DNA of 64,000 nt from Setoptus koraiensis (taxonomy: Eukaryota; Animalia; Arthropoda), in NCBI GenBank assembly GCA_048013815.1, contig CM106585.1, positions 1,984,001 through 2,048,000 on the forward strand, written 5' to 3'. Under the pieces are notes generated by a model that worked only from the letters and a program-made list of their open reading frames with translations, did not search any database and had not been told where the DNA came from. Below are positions 35,528-50,700 of the stretch, piece by piece. The translations under genes and the position numbers were made by a program. The stretch's first letter is position 1, and each line of letters opens with the position of its first letter.

Positions 35528-38500
35528 TGCAGGCACTGGGTTCCGATGCGATGGGTTACATTACTTATGGGTGGTGCTGTTGTCGCTGGAGTGCGAGTTT
35601 GAGTTGAAATTGAAATTGCAATTCAAGTTGGATTCTCTTTTTTGTTTCTTGCCGTTCCTTTTATTTCGTTTCATCAGGGCCAATGTGGGGCCAAGGCGAG
35701 TCCAATGCCAATCCAATGTGGGGGCCACATGTGGCCCTTGCCAGAGTTAGAGTTGAGTTGACTGGATCAATTGAAACTCACTACAGGTTATTACTACTAA
35801 AAGTAGTGCTAGTGCAATGTAGCGGAAGAAGCAACAACATTAATGAGATGTGTGCTTGAGTGTCACCACGTGCCATATGATGGGGGCGTCTTGAGAATGA
35901 ATGAACGCTGACACGAACGAGAATGCCGACTAACTGTAATCATTGGCACCTGAACTGACATGGTTGCGTTCATCTGCTCGTGACATATCTTTTTATTATT
36001 ATTGGCGGCCATACTATGGGGCCATGTCACTTTACCAGAAATGTCGCTGCAACAGCCAAGTCACAGCATCGACAATGTCGCTGCACCGGCAATGTCAGTG
36101 AGACGAGTTGACACTTGATGACATTGGAGCAGAATAACTTAGATGACTAAAGCAAATGACTAAATGACTGTCATCACTAGATCAGCCAGAACAAAATCAC
36201 TCAGCTGTATGATTGGCTTCTCTCCGCTGCTTTATCCGCTATCGAGCTGCTATCACTGCTGTCATCGCACCAGTTTGTTGTATCAATTTAGCTCCATTAC
36301 CAGTCAATATCCAATCAGTCCGTTGCCACCGGCTGAGCCATTACAATATTGCGCATAATTAGTCAATTTTCACCATGAGTTTCCAGCTCAACATTTCCAA
36401 TCGACGTTTCTATCAGCTCCTCCTATCGCTGGCAAGCAAAAATAATCTGCTAATCGGTAATGTGCTGATTAAGTGGCTTCGAATCACAATTTTGAATGAC
36501 AATTTTTGTCAAAAGTATGCATTAATTATGCAACATGCATGCACAATTACAGAGTAACAGAGTTAAGGTAACAATTGACAGAGATACAAATTTGCATACA
36601 CACAAGATATTGTTGTTGTAATTTGGTTGGCAGCTCGTGCTGATCAATCAATTGATCGCTCGCGTGACTGTCAATGCGCTGAGATTGTGTCTCGAGACTG
36701 AGCTCTATCTAGTTGGTTATTCACAAGTTTATCCGAGGTCATTGCAAATTGAACATTCTCCAATTGTAGATTCAGTCCACATCTAAACTTGATTTTCCTT
36801 TCCATGCAACACGATTGTTTCTCAAGTGTCTCATTGTTATCTATTGCTACAACATTATATCAGCCAGTGAATTGCGTCATTTGTCAGTGCCAACTTGAGT
36901 TAATTAGTGGCAACTAGACGACGTTAGCTTGCCAGATTCAACACAAATGCCACAAATGCACTTCAGTGCACTAAAGGGCCTTTAGTAAAGGCAGGCTTGG
37001 CGTTTCGGCCAACATAACCCGTGTCATGCCGATATTAGTGAGTTGAGCTTGTGTAATATATTGATAATGCTTCTTATAGCAGCCCCGAGAAAAAGAGCAA
37101 AATCGTACCGGGTGAACCCATTTGGCATGCACCGGCCCAAAGCCAATTTTAAATAATATATATGCTATAAAGTTTGAGCTTGGGCCAGAGCTGCAGTTGA
37201 CCTGCTTCATGTAACATAAACAAAAAACAACATAAAAACGTTGGGCCAGATTAAAGATACAAGGTGAAATGATAAAATGCTACATGTAAAATGTATAGTG
37301 ATATAAAAAAAAAGATGAAATGTTGAAATGGCAACAACGACAACAACACCACTGACATTTGTAAAGTGTCGTGTGAATAGACTCAGTTGTCAGCGGCTTA
37401 TTTATCAATGTTTATCAATGTTGACACATTGCGTGATTCGTTTATTACAGCCACTTTGGGCTTGTAACACATTGGGCACATTGGACAAACACAGGTCAAG
37501 TGTGGGATGTGATATCAACAAAATCGGAATTGACATTCTCGGAGTATTCATCTATAAATACTTTGACAAGTCGCTCACAATGTTAAATGTCACATTTGCA
37601 ATAATACAGTTAGTTACATTGGTGCGAGCAGTAAATAAGTGATAATACTAGGTGTGTGTCTGACAATAGAGAGATTACCACAAGTAGCGCCACTCACATC
37701 ATGAGTCGAATTGGCATGTGTCTACCTGTGTCAATGTTTGTCCTGTAATATGTTTCTTTTCGGCTCAAATATCGAGTTGACACCTTCAAGAGTGCAAGAT
37801 TGACGATGGCCGAACGCCATCCATCAACCGGTGACCTGTGCTGCCGAAAGAGAAGAATTTGTTGTGAATTATTTCTGAGGATAAAGTTTGTCAGGGGCCA
37901 GTGACCCACTCAAACGATTGGCCTCCATCTATCTATTGATGGTCACTGTGGAGGGAGCGTGCCACTGTTGCCACTGGTGTCATAAGTGGTGCCCAACGAT
38001 AATGACAGTTGATTGCATTCTCTCTCTCTCTCTTAAGCCTCTCACAACAGTTATGCAACTGACCCATCCAACTGTCGGCACACAGTGAGTAACAGTATGC
38101 ACCAAAACATGCCCAGCTTAACAACATCAACAGCAACAGCCACTAATAATAATAGTAATGATAATAATGATGATAATAAGTGATTATGCATTAGAGGTAC
38201 GTGGCGCAAGCCAACGTTAATTTGCTATTCGTGCTACGCAAGCACACACACACACACACACACAAATGATGATCTAGGCATACGATATAGCTAAAGTGAA
38301 AAGAATAGCGAGAATCAATAAATAAATCACTACAGAACAGAATAAGCACGTGTGGGTATGTGGTTGTGCTAGACAGTGAATAGAGAACGTGTTCGCAGTC
38401 GATCTGGTCTCAATTTGGCTCAATTTGGGTCACTCTGGTCAACGGGTGGCACTGGCGTGAGCCGTGTGCCAATCTCACAGTGGGCGAGATTGGGGCCGGT

Positions 38501-38886
38501 AGCCAATCCAATCCAATCGGCTACGATCCGGTTTGGTTTGGTCTGGTCTGATATGGCGCTGGCCGGTGCTCAAGTGAAATCATTCAACTCCAACCTTGGT
38601 CCGGCAGCCTAACAAGCTGACCAAAATAATAAGAGTAGAGCAAATAAAGCAAATCGATCTCTATATAAACAAATCGCTTTTGCTCACTTGCGCCAATATG
38701 GCTTCTATGGTGCAAACGTTAATCAGTGCTATTAGTCAGGGGTAATGTAAGAATAAAAAATAATCTCACGGCTAGCCGGCGACTGACCAGCGCCACCGAT
38801 TGTCACAGCGACGTGGTCAAGTGTGTGCCGACATACCAAACAAGCGATTTATTTATGGTAAAACAGTTTGCGAGAGAGCGCGAGAG

Positions 38887-38940
38887 AGCAAGCGAGAGAG
38901 ACGGCGAGAGAGACGGCGAGAGAGACGGCGAACGAGACAG
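38887..38940. repeat. 12-bp repeat (GAGAGACGGCGA)x3-4
   Basis: Seen directly in the sequence. Confidence 0.85.
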
Positions 38941-39847
38941 CGATAGGGAGCGAGAGAAAAGAATTTGCCAAGAATGATGATGTCAAAGCGATCAGACTGT
39001 AAACACACGTATAATGCACGTATTATCGTGCAATCCACAATATAGAGCATCCACAAAGAGGCTCCTTCTTTTACATTGCACACTGCTGATAATGCATTGT
39101 CGTTGAACCGCAAAATAAAAAGAATGCACCCAAACGAACGGGGCCCAGCTAATGGATGGCGGCAACACATCGGCGGGCCCCAGTTGGGGCCCCGCGAGCG
39201 AGCGGCCAGCAGCAAGCGAAGCTACAAGAGCACAGATAGACGTTGTGTGCCAGTGGCGATAATAGATGTTTGCAAGTGTTGTTAGCGAGCAAGAAAGGGA
39301 CACACTAACAATAACAAATAAAAAAGAAGCAGCATCCCTACTTGATGCCGGCACCCGCCAGCCACCTAGCGAGCGACCGGAAATGGGGCCCAAATCTAAT
39401 TTTGTGTGCGTGTGTGTGTGTGTGTGTGCGTGTGAGTGTGTGTGTGTTTATGTGTGTGTTTATGTGTGTGTTTATGCGTGTGTGACTTGAATCAACATAA
39501 ACAATTATTTGTACTTATTACATGTGGATCTGGCCGTGCTTGCCAGTGCTCGACCAAAAGGGGCCAGCAACAACAAGCGACAGCAAGCAACGGCAAGCAA
39601 CAGCAAGCTGCAGCAAGCAACAACAAAAGTGCAAACTAGCACCGCCGGTAATGTAAGCAAACGTGACACATAAACTGTCTGTTATCATGGCAAGCTAGCT
39701 GAGCACGACGAACAGACACAGTTGCGTAACAGAGTGACCGGTCAGAGAGATGATTTTGTGTTGCTCAAAAAATAAATAAGTGATACAGTGTTTGCTATCT
39801 GGCTCGATATTGCGACGCCGGCACCCAAGCATGCACACTACCAACAC

Positions 39848-39913
39848 TGGGCCCCACATCGGGCCTCACGTTGGGCCTCGCGTTGGGCCTCGCGTTGGGC
39901 CTCGCGTTGGGCC
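39848..39913. repeat. 12-bp repeat (GTTGGGCCTCGC)x4-5
   Basis: Seen directly in the sequence. Confidence 0.85.
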
Positions 39914-41047
39914 AAAGGTGAGAGGCGCGCCATGTAATTTATGGGCACAAGCTGGCCGGTGAGACCTAGACACCGATAGCACCTACAGTACATATTAAGC
40001 AACGGTACAGCGGACACCGAGCCGGCAATTGGTGTCCGTCTACCATTTATTTGTATGGCTACTATTACTATCCATGGTAGTGCGCGGTTCATTATTCCGG
40101 TTGATCCGGCATTTGGCTAGTTGTTTTCCAGTTGAGAGGAGCAATCGCGCCACCGGCCACAACTTCATCTTTGTGAGAGTCGCTACTCGATTTAAACTGA
40201 CAACGAACCGATTTAAACTTGAATCTCGATCGCGCGCGAGCCTTGCGCTGTTCGACAGCCGAATCGAAGAGCGCCGCTGACCAAATGATATATGGTCACC
40301 GGTGTGTATAAATCGGTAAATGTAACGCCCCGTGTGATGCAGTTATTTGCAGTTGTTTGTTGTTATTTCGTGTAACTGGTGACAACACTGGCCAACACGA
40401 GCCACATTTGTTGGCTGCGAACGGCCATCGAGCCACCGAGACCGTTCTCTAATGACACAGTCCGACGCTGATGATTGTGTGATATTTGTGATATTTGTGT
40501 CCTCTAAACTGCAAACTCTAAATATAAATACCTACTTGAGACTCAACACTGGCCATGGCCACATCGGCGCGCATTATCGGCCCTTTTCAATTTGTCTCAA
40601 CTTGTCTCTATGTACTATTGTTGTCTAATAACCTTGTATTTGTTTTGCCACACACACAATTGCCGGCTGGCTTCAATGCAAACAACAGCTCTCAATTACT
40701 CTCTAATAGAGAGTCTCTATACGCGGGCTTATATTACAATTGCAACTCGTTGGGCCTCCCTCTCTCGATCCGAATTGACGCCTCTATCCACAAGTTTGCG
40801 TTCACGAGTGAGAATAAATCCACTCGTGCCGACATAATCCCAATGTACGCAATGTTGCAGTTCGCTTTGCTATTTTAGTTAAACTATTTTTCGCTTCTAA
40901 CTCAACTTGTTCCTCAGCTTGCTCGGCTGGCCGCTCACACTTTTTGCTTACAAAGGAGGCCCAACAACGGACCAGTCACTTGGCGCCAATCAACAGCGCT
41001 CACCGACTGGCGACTTGTCAGTGACAAACTGCACTACCGGTGAGTCA

Positions 41048-41131
41048 CCAGCGACAATTGCCAGCACCAACGACAATTGCCAGCACCAGCGACAGTTGCC
41101 AGCACCAGCGACAGTTGCCAGCACCAACGAC
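41048..41131. repeat. 18-bp repeat (GACA[AG]TTGCCAGCACCA[AG]C)x4
   Basis: Seen directly in the sequence. Confidence 0.85.
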
Positions 41132-43269
41132 AACCCAATCGATTTCCTCTCTCTAATAGAGAGTCTGTATCCCCCGCCCGATCTGTATGGTAATAGAGTG
41201 ATTGTGTGATTACAAATAATTTCTTCCTCTCTCCTGTTTCCGGCATACGATTGTTTCATCGAGCTGCTCGTGCGGCATTACATCGAGTCCAATCTATCAA
41301 TAATGCTGGCGCTGTTTGTTGACGACAGGCGTTGATGTATACGACGTCGATAATATTACGCATATCGTCTGGCTTTTCGTTGATTCGTCATGTTTCGTCC
41401 AATCAGCTAACAAGCGGCCCCATTCATTGGGGCCTCCATATAGGGTCTGCATGCGACACACTCATACAAACATGGCCGATATACTTAGTAAGAACACAGT
41501 TGTCTATATGTGGTGGTGGTGCCCAATTGTCTCAATTTATAGTGCTTGACAAATTCGGCCGACTCGTTTCGTCTTATAACGCTGGCTTATAATGCTGGCA
41601 ATGCAATATTTCAATGACAATGCAAGCCGACTGAGCGAGCGTTGAAATAAATATATTATAAACATGACTCTTGTTGGCACAATAATTATCTATTGATCAT
41701 CAATGACAGCATGCCCATTTCCATCACTTGCACTGACCGTGCCAAGCGAGTCGCCAACAGACTCTGTTGAACAGAGAGAAAGAGAGAGATTATTTCCATC
41801 AATGGGGGCCGCTCATCTGCCGATATAAATAGCCGCTAAGATAGAGCCAGCCACACAGCTGCTGAGAGAGGATAATTAGAGGGCCGTTTTGTGTTGCGTT
41901 GTGCTGTGTTGTTTTGGCCGCTTGTTGGGTCTCACACACAAACCGTGATAGAGCCAGATAACAGGTTTGCTGTTTTGGTGCCACCGTGGGCCAAAAGAGA
42001 TTTTGCCAAGATTTGCCGCCGAGCCCATGATACCAACCAACTATCCGATTCATAACGGCTGCTGGCTCGACGACAAGCAGCCCCTTGCTCGACCTTTGCA
42101 AGCTGCCCAAGCTGCCAACGAATCGCACAATAAATATCGGCTCCAAATGGATGATTATGGATTCATTGGTTTTATTATCCGGCTCCAACCAAATAACATA
42201 ACGCTGGCCATGGCTTGCGTTTGAGTCGAGTATTTGAGGGTTGGCCGGCCGGCCGGCTGGCTGGTAGGCTGGTAAGCCGAGCTAGACTGGCACTAATGAC
42301 ATTTACACATAGCCATTTTGGTGTTGGACATTATTGGATTAGTTGCATTGTTCATCCATGCGATTCACATTGTGCGCCATTCTCTTTGCGGGCCTCAAAG
42401 AGAATGGCCCAATTTGCTGGCGGAATTCATCTTTTTCGGTGCTCATGCCACTGGCATTGTCGCTGGCTATCGCTGTGCAACGAGCCGACAAGCCGGCCCA
42501 TTTTCAAGCCATGCTTTTCATGATGTGATTTGCTGCTGCTGCTGCCTCTTTGATCAATCTCTGGCCTGATTATTATGATATGATGATGGCATCGCCAGTG
42601 ACAAGCGCCCACACAGACACACACGCCGAGACCGAGCCAACGAGCGAGAGACAGTCGCAACATTTGCAACGTTTGTATTGTGGCCAGATTTGGCCACTGG
42701 TCAGTCGGTTGGCCCTCTAATCAAATCCAGCCAGAGATATTATTAGATGTGGGCATGTGTGTGTGTGTGTGTGTGTGCGCCCCGTTGTGTCATCTTCATT
42801 GTCGTTTGTGTCGATCATGGCCGACCAACCAGCAGCCACCGCTAACAGCGACCATCAAATGCATGGCTGATCATGCTATCATCGCCACTAAATGCCGCCC
42901 AATGCTTCAATGCGAGGCCCCACTGCATCGTGAGGCCAAATTTTATCGCGCCCACCAGACTCTGGATATCCATGGGCATCTCTACACCAGAGATAGGGAA
43001 CCGATTCGATGAGCGTAGAAAGATGCCAAATTGAACTCATTGAATTAGTTGCTTGGTCGCTAGGCCCGCAACTACAGAGTTTGTTACACAGTACCAAGCA
43101 TGCATCTCGCAACCAACTGACCAGTCACTGAGCAACCTGGTGCATGCACCAAGAATATGCAAGAATATTGCCATTGCTTGCCTGACATTTGCCAGGCCCC
43201 AATTGTCACCTGGCGGCCGGAAAGAATCTCATCATTTCATATGCGCGCATTTTCTGTTCCTCAAGGACT

Positions 43270-43332
43270 GAAACCTAAACTGAGGCCCAAACTGCGACCT
43301 AAATTGAGACCTAAACTGAGGCCCAAACTGGG
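43270..43332. repeat. Degenerate 12-bp repeat (CCTAAACTGAGG-like)
   Basis: Seen directly; translates as KPKLRPKLRP in a spurious ORF. Confidence 0.8.
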
Positions 43333-43760
43333 GCTTACACTGAGGCGCAAATTGGCCAGGCTGCCAAGATGAGCCAGTTGGCCAGTGAGTGAAATGTGCG
43401 AAAAGATGTGCAAAAATGCCTGATACGGGGCCCAGTGGCACGTGATGCCAATGTCGATCCTTGGCTTGTGTCTATAGCAAATGTTGGGCATAGCGAATTG
43501 GCATTCTTCTCACAATATTATAATACCGTGATACTCACTCGTCGCTCGGTTGGCTTGCATTTCTGGTCGGCTTCACGAGCCGTGCAGTGGCAAGATTAAA
43601 TTATTCATGCAACAAGCCAACAATGCACTGTGTCTGGCTCGTCAGCCAATATCAGCTCGATATATATTTGCGTGCGACAAATTTCAGTGTCTCCAAATGT
43701 CGTTATCACAGCACGAGTCACGAGTGCTATCGTAGATATTCCCAGTGACAGCAACATGGA

Positions 43761-43815
43761 ATAAAACAAAATAAAACAAAACAAAATAAAACAAAACAAA
43801 ACAAAACAAAACAAG
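43761..43815. repeat. (AAAAC/AAAAT)n pentamer repeat
   Basis: Seen directly in the sequence. Confidence 0.9.
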
Positions 43816-44635
43816 ATAAAAATGTGTCAGAACATTAATAACAAACGAAATAGTGGAAAAAATTAGGAGGCCAAAAAAGTGAGCCAAAGAGCGACGTGCC
43901 GACACAAATTACGAAGAGGCCAACATTTTAATGGCGCTTACAAGGCGCTTTAAATAACAACAGCAACAACATCATCATTTGCCCACCTAATTAATGTGGT
44001 CGCTCGGTCATTTCGGCTAGGTGGCAATATTAACGCGTCTAGGGTCGCGTGTGTCGTGTTGTTGGCTGGTGTTGGCTGGTGTTGGCTGGTGTTGGCTGGC
44101 AGCTTCGATTGGCATGGTGCTGGCATTGGACTGTGTGGGTGTCATTGGCTAACAATTGCAAGGTGGCCATCGCAAGCTCAATGACATCAATGTCAGAGAG
44201 TACGTGTCAGAGAGGTTGCCAATAACGTGTTGTTGCGTCTGCCAACAATGGAGCAAACACAACAAACTGTTTACATTGTTGTCGTTGATGCGTATTGTTT
44301 GCTTTAGCTTTTTCTATTTCTCTCTGTATTTTATTTTATATGTCTGTGGTTGTGCCATTGTTGTTGTTGTTGTTGCTGCTGCTGTGGTTGTTGGTGATGC
44401 CGTCACAGTAGCTGTGATGTGGGCAGGGGGGGCTCCCCTTACTTAATACACACAAGTGAGGATCGCGCCAAGAACTGGCCCCAGCAGCATCAACTAACTT
44501 CACAAAGAACCTCACAACAGGCAATGCTGCTGTCACACAGTTGCAATGAGGAGCACACATACGGTGGCATTCGGTTGGCATTTGGGGCGAAAAGAGAGAA
44601 AAGAGAGAAAAAAGAAAATAGATAAATTGCCTTGT

Positions 44636-44675
<40 letters not shown>

Positions 44676-47143
44676 CAGTGTAGGTTGCTGCCATTCTGAC
44701 AGCACACACGCACACGCACGCACACACCGACATAACATTGATAAATGCAGTATTGCCATGTGAAGAGCCGAACAAAATAAATGGACTATAAACTGAGATA
44801 GATTAAGTTGAGAGTACAGCTAGCTGGTCGGCGAACGCTCAGCGAACGCTACCATTCTTGGGGCCGCTTTGGTTCTTTTGAGAAGCTCCTCAGTCGGCCT
44901 CGAGAGCCACCAAACCGAATCTTTTCTTTTGTCGAGCCAATTTGGTTTGCGAGCCTGTGAGCGGCGCGCAACTCGCTGGCTGCCAGTGCTCAGCGGGCGC
45001 CATTCGCTAATGACAACGCGCCCATCTCAGCGCGGCTCCCCTTCGCTTGTTCTTGGGCCCCTCTCCGGTTGTTCAATTCTTTGGTTGTTCGGCTCTTCGG
45101 TTGTTCGGTTGTTTGGCTCTTCAAATCTTTGGTTGTTCTGTTAGTCGGTTGTTGCCTATTCCGTTGTTCGGTTCCTCTTGAGAGTGGCCGCACTGGCAGC
45201 TGACGGGCCCTCACAGTGCGGCGGCGTGGTGATATGAGTTGGCCGAGTGGCGAGGCGCGGATATTTTCGAGGCGAGGTGCAATTACTACAACAAGCCAAT
45301 GGTTGTGTGATTATGCCCCCTTGCACCAGCGGCAGCAACAACAACGACAGGCAACCACGGCCAACCAACTAACAGCAGCCATAACAGTGGCCGGTGGCTG
45401 GATATAATTTAATTGCTCTTGTTTCGCAGCCCAAATCATCGAAATGAAGCTAAAAAACTAGCCACTGATCGCGAGCATCGTGAATATCCGATCACGGCAA
45501 CAACTAAACGCTTTCAACTGATTGCATTGGCCGGGCCGGCATCACACAATGAGTTTAGCCGTTGGCCGATGCACACTTCAATCTCATTTATTTCGCATTG
45601 CAACCGCTCACAACTCTATCTGTCCGTCAGAGGCGCCAGTGTGGGCCGGTGTGTTTATTTTGGGCCTCGCTGGGCTTCTCTTATTTGTATTTCTATTAGT
45701 TGTGTGTGTGTGTGTGTTTTATTTGTCTATTTGCGAGGCTGGTTGTGTGTTGTTGCTTGATTGGGGCCCATTGTGAGCGCGTATGACCGCTCGCTATCGG
45801 TTATGTGGTTATGGCGATATTTGTAGCCTGCAAATTGTAGGTATTTGTTGGTTTCTGATTGTTGATTGAGTAGCAATTGAGTGGCGATAGCCAACAACAG
45901 TCATCTCATCAGCGAGCTCATCATTTGGTACGAATTGTTGGCATGTTAACTGCACGGGTCCAGCTTAACTGCACGAGTCCAGCAGTCAGTTGGTAAGGAA
46001 AACTTTTCATGTTACATAGATGGCTTCTAACGGTTTGTGTTGGTGGCGCCATTAGTCAGTTAGCCACTGGGCGAGCCAACAATAGAGTAGAGAATTACGA
46101 TGGTGCTCATGATGCTCATAATGGTTACATCATAGTCTGTGATTCTTGGCGAGACTCATGACTCAAGATAGAGAGCGAGAGAGGGGCATCAATCAAAGGG
46201 CCGTGCAATTTGCTGTGGCGCAATTACATATACACCAGTTGTATATATGCTGGCTGGGTGAGATGCGATAGGCAGCAAGCGTGCATTTGATGCAAGGAAT
46301 TCGTCGATGATTTACGCAACTGACGAGAGAGAGAGAGAGAGAGAGAGAGAGTCGCAATAAGAGAAATGATGCAAGTGCAATTAGTTGGCAGCGGAAAAGA
46401 GCGCGACAAAAAACATGATGCACATTTGGCTCACTGATAGTGGCATTTTTAATTGATATTATTATTGTAATTATAGTTACAATTACACCAACATTAGTGT
46501 TTGCGATAATGATCATGCTGCTGCAACTGTTACAGATATTACAGATTACTGTTGCAGAGCATAGATGAGTGGCGTCATAATGCGCTCACGCTGACGAGCT
46601 GGCTCGATGAGGCCAGTTACGTAAAAATGGTTGTATCTTGTTAGTAGTAATGATGAAGAAAACTTTAATGTGTTTTGGTGCCGTTGTGAGCCACTGGGCC
46701 AAACTAGCGCCACAAAATGGCAATGATGCCACTGGGGCCCATGGTGCCAATGGTGCCAATGGCAAGACAATAACAATAAAGTTTCAAATTTCAAACGGTG
46801 CCCGCATTTGCCTTGGCAACTGGTAACATTTTGCCAACTGTAAAACTGTAAAGTTTTGCAAGTTTGTGCTGCTGTTGTGTGCAATCTGGTCGCTTTGTAA
46901 CGACTGACTAACTGGCCGCGGACATTATTCATAGCCAAGCGTTGGTAGCCGTTTGTGGCTACGAGCGCTATGGCCCGGTGGTGGCCATAAAACACGAGTT
47001 GTAGCCAGCGATGGAGACGATTGTGTTGGGCGGCCCTCGTGGCAGTTGCAGTGGCGCGGGCATTGCGAGCGCTGGCTGTCGGGCCGCTTCGTCGACATTG
47101 CTGAATGCGGTCTGGGCCAAAGCGATTGAGGAGCCAGGGGCCA

Positions 47144-47183
47144 CGAGCCGCGAGCCGCGAGCCGCGAGCCGCGAGCCGCGAGC
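47144..47183. repeat. 7-bp repeat (GAGCCGC)x5
   Basis: Seen directly in the sequence. Confidence 0.9.
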
Positions 47184-49227
47184 TAGCCGCAGTTGCCAGT
47201 AGGTGGTAGCCGGGCCCAGATTAATGGAGGCATGCGATCATCATGGTCATCACAACTGTGCAGCCAACGGTCGCTGGCTCGGCAGCCGGACAACAAGCGA
47301 ACACTTTGGCGCCGACTGGCGAGCCGAGCCTAGGCGAGCCCAAAGAAATCATTACCCCTCATATGAGGTCATTATTTTTATCCGATCTCAATGCCAGGTC
47401 TTGCAGTGTCTGCATTCACAAAGGAAACTGGCGCTGCCAACAGCGCCTCTGTTGCATGAAAGCCACACGATGGTTGTTTGTCATCTTCATGGTTGCACGA
47501 TGATGTTGGCGTTGCTGTTATTGTTGGCGCTGCCGCTGATTATCATGATGCTTGGCTAACTCACACATTGTTTGTAGTTGTGGTTTATTTTTGCGTTTGC
47601 CTCTCTACACTTTGTGCGCTTTCTATGGGCGCCCTCTCTGTCCACTTTCTCTGTCCTTTGCGCCTCGTCTCATCACTAAATGAGCCCGCCAAATCCCCCA
47701 ATCTGGCCAGCTTGCCAGCACAATGCAGCACAACCATTGTATATGTTTAGTATATATCTTTTAGTGTGTGTGTGCACCACTAACCAGACCAGTTACATAA
47801 CTGGCTAACTACAACTCACTTGTGTGTTGCAGCCGACACACACACACACACACACACACATAACGATGTATCGTGTAACGTGGTGACACTACTACTACTA
47901 CTACCATTGCTACTGCTGCCATCGCTGCCACTGTTGCCAGTGGCGAGGCAACGCAAATAAAACGGCTCGAAACGGATAAAACGAACGAAGAGAGTGAGCG
48001 ACAGCGCACAAAGAGGCACTGAAGCGATTCGCTTTGCGACCGTCCATCCGTCCAATGCGCCGCCGTCTACAACTTGTACTCAAACTATGCATATATTTGT
48101 GCAGCCGGCCTGTATATGCATACTACACACACCACATGTATATGTATGGATTCACCAGTGAATACACGCACAGCCAATACAACATTGTTAAACACTAACA
48201 AAGTGTTGCTTCTGTTCAACACGCCAACACTCGGCTAACCGAACCAACTAAACTGTCTCAACTAACTGAACAATCTGCTAGTGAGATTGCTCAGCGCCAC
48301 AAATGTGCACACAATGTCTGTTTGGCTGGCCAACTTTGCTCGGGATTGAAATAAATCTCGAGCAACTCGCTATTGATGTTTGCATGATATAACTTGCATT
48401 GATACTGGCCGATTTGATAGTGCTGGCGAGGGCCAGCTTGGCGAAGAGCTTGTTGTGGCATCGGCACGCCATTGGATGCACGATCGCTCATCGTGTTGCG
48501 CACTTATCATGTTGTGCAGCGAGCACGGTTGCGTGCAAATTGTCCGACAAGCAACCAATCTGACAAATATTGTCGTATCTGCGTGATTATTGCACAGTGC
48601 GCTGTTGGTTGTTGGCTGTTGGTAGCTGGTTGTTAGCTGTTGGTAGTTGGTTGTCGGTAGCTGGTTGTTGGTTGTCGGTAGTTGGTTGTTAGTTGGGGCC
48701 ACTACCGACACAGCGAACCGTCGTTGAGAGCATGTCATGATCGTAGCGCCCAGTATTAGCCGGGCAACAATGCACAGTTTACACGACAGTATGCGTATAG
48801 CGCGCATGTTTTACAGTATTTACGACATTTGTGCCAGGTCGCGAAAGTCGCTATAGTCACACACACACACACACACTACTATGCACACAGTGCTATGCAG
48901 TGCATACTGCGCACACGGTGTGCATACTATGTACACAAGCGAACACTCTATAAGCGCCGTGCTGCTAAACTGCGTGCCATCAAGACAATGGCGCCATTGT
49001 TGTTGTTATTGTTGCTGGTGCGAGCAGGCCGTGAAGCAAACGGCCAAGCCAGTTAGTGCCAATTGTGTATTATGGTGTTCACGTTCGCACGCGCTGCAGC
49101 ACAGTGCGGCACAGTGGGCCTGACAAGTGTACATGTAGCCGAATAACGAGCGTGGTGCTGGCAAGAACGAGCATAGTGCCGGCAACAACATAGAGCATAG
49201 AGCGCCCGAGAACGCGCGTGGGGCGCC

Positions 49228-49342
49228 CAAGAACGAGCACAGTGCAGCAGAGAACGAGCACAGGGCAGCAGAGAACGAGCACAGGGCAGCAGAGAACGAG
49301 CACAGGGCAGCAGAGAACGAGCACAGGGCAGCAGAGAACGAG
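49228..49342. repeat. 21-bp minisatellite (GAGAACGAGCACAGGGCAGCA)x4-5
   Basis: Seen directly in the sequence. Confidence 0.9.
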
Positions 49343-50632
49343 ACGGACAGAGAGCGAGCGAGCGAGAAGCTTCGCATCAATCGTGTCGCTGGCTGCAAGT
49401 TAGTTTGTTGTTATATTGTATTGACATTTGCGCGTGTTCAGCCGGCACGCATAACGCGTGCTGGCAGCGTGTTTTGTTGCGCCGGCCTGCATTGTTGTAC
49501 AGTTGTTGTATGCAGACATGGGCCGGCACATAAATGGCTGGGCAGCGCTCGGCAAGCGCACTCGGCGAATGCCAACACCAATCTGAGTGGCCGGGCGCGA
49601 ATCAAATCAAGCCGGGCCGAGCGGGCCCATCAAGCAGCGGCCATAAAACATAAAACTGGCCCAATCTTGGCGCCGACTCCACTCAATTGAGTGTCTGTGC
49701 GTGCAATTCCATGAATGTTTCTCGGCCGGCCGCCAATCGATGCCACTTTCGGGCGGCCGTTTCGCTCGCTCACTGGCGGCCGATTCGCCCGCTCACTGGA
49801 GAGATGGGCGAGCTGGTATCTGTGCTGTCGGTGCGCGATGGGGCCGCGAACCAATATAGCGACTGTATAATCATCGCGATCGGCGAGAGCCATTCATGAG
49901 GAACAGGAGTCATTGTTGCAATCGGTGTTGTCGCGCGCCACTCGTGACTGCTTGACTGACAGCCAGTTTGGCGCGCCAGCGAGCCAGTCTCTTAGATGGC
50001 CACTACTTGAAATAGCAATAACACTGCAGGTGAGACCTGTGCGCCGCTAATGCAATTAGAGCGGCTCGCTCGGTACACCTCAGACTGGCTCGTGATTGCC
50101 CCCAGTGATCCGGCCGCCGGTTGTTGCACTGTCAGCAAGAAATAAAACGCGCGCGCTTGCGTTAATATCGGCGCTAAGTGATAAGGTGAGGCGACTCTGG
50201 CTGGCACTTCTTTGTGTGGCGGCAACAACAATTCCGTTATTGCCGCGCCACCTCGCTCGCCAACTCGCTGTCGGCTCATCGGTGCAACAGCAGCAGCAAC
50301 AACAACAGCAACAACAACGACAGCAACAACAACAACAGCGCAAGCTGTCTGCTTGGCTGACTCTCTGGCTGGCCAGCGCCACCAGCGTGGCACTATCGCG
50401 AAACAGTGTGGATATAAATCGCAGCCCAGCCTCGACAGTGCAAAGCTAATGCTTGGTCACACTTGGTAACTGGCGCTTCGATGGTGGCGCAAAGTCGCCA
50501 GCGACAAGTGCAACCATCAAACGACAGCTGAACCCGCTCCGTGGAAGGTGCGCCCCGAACCGCCAGTCTCAACAGTGCACACACATACACACATTAGCAG
50601 ATATTAGATAATTTTTGCCTAAAATTTTCGCC

Positions 50633-50700
50633 GTGCCTCGCATTGCCTGTGCCTCGCATTGCCTGTGCCTCGCATTGCCTGTGCCTCGCATTACCTGTGC
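50633..50700. repeat. 16-bp repeat (GTGCCTCGCATTGCCT)x4
   Basis: Seen directly in the sequence. Confidence 0.9.

Noticed and set aside
40094-40107. attccggttgatcc resembles the 5' end of small-subunit rRNA
   Set aside because: Only 14 nt, with no further rRNA similarity.
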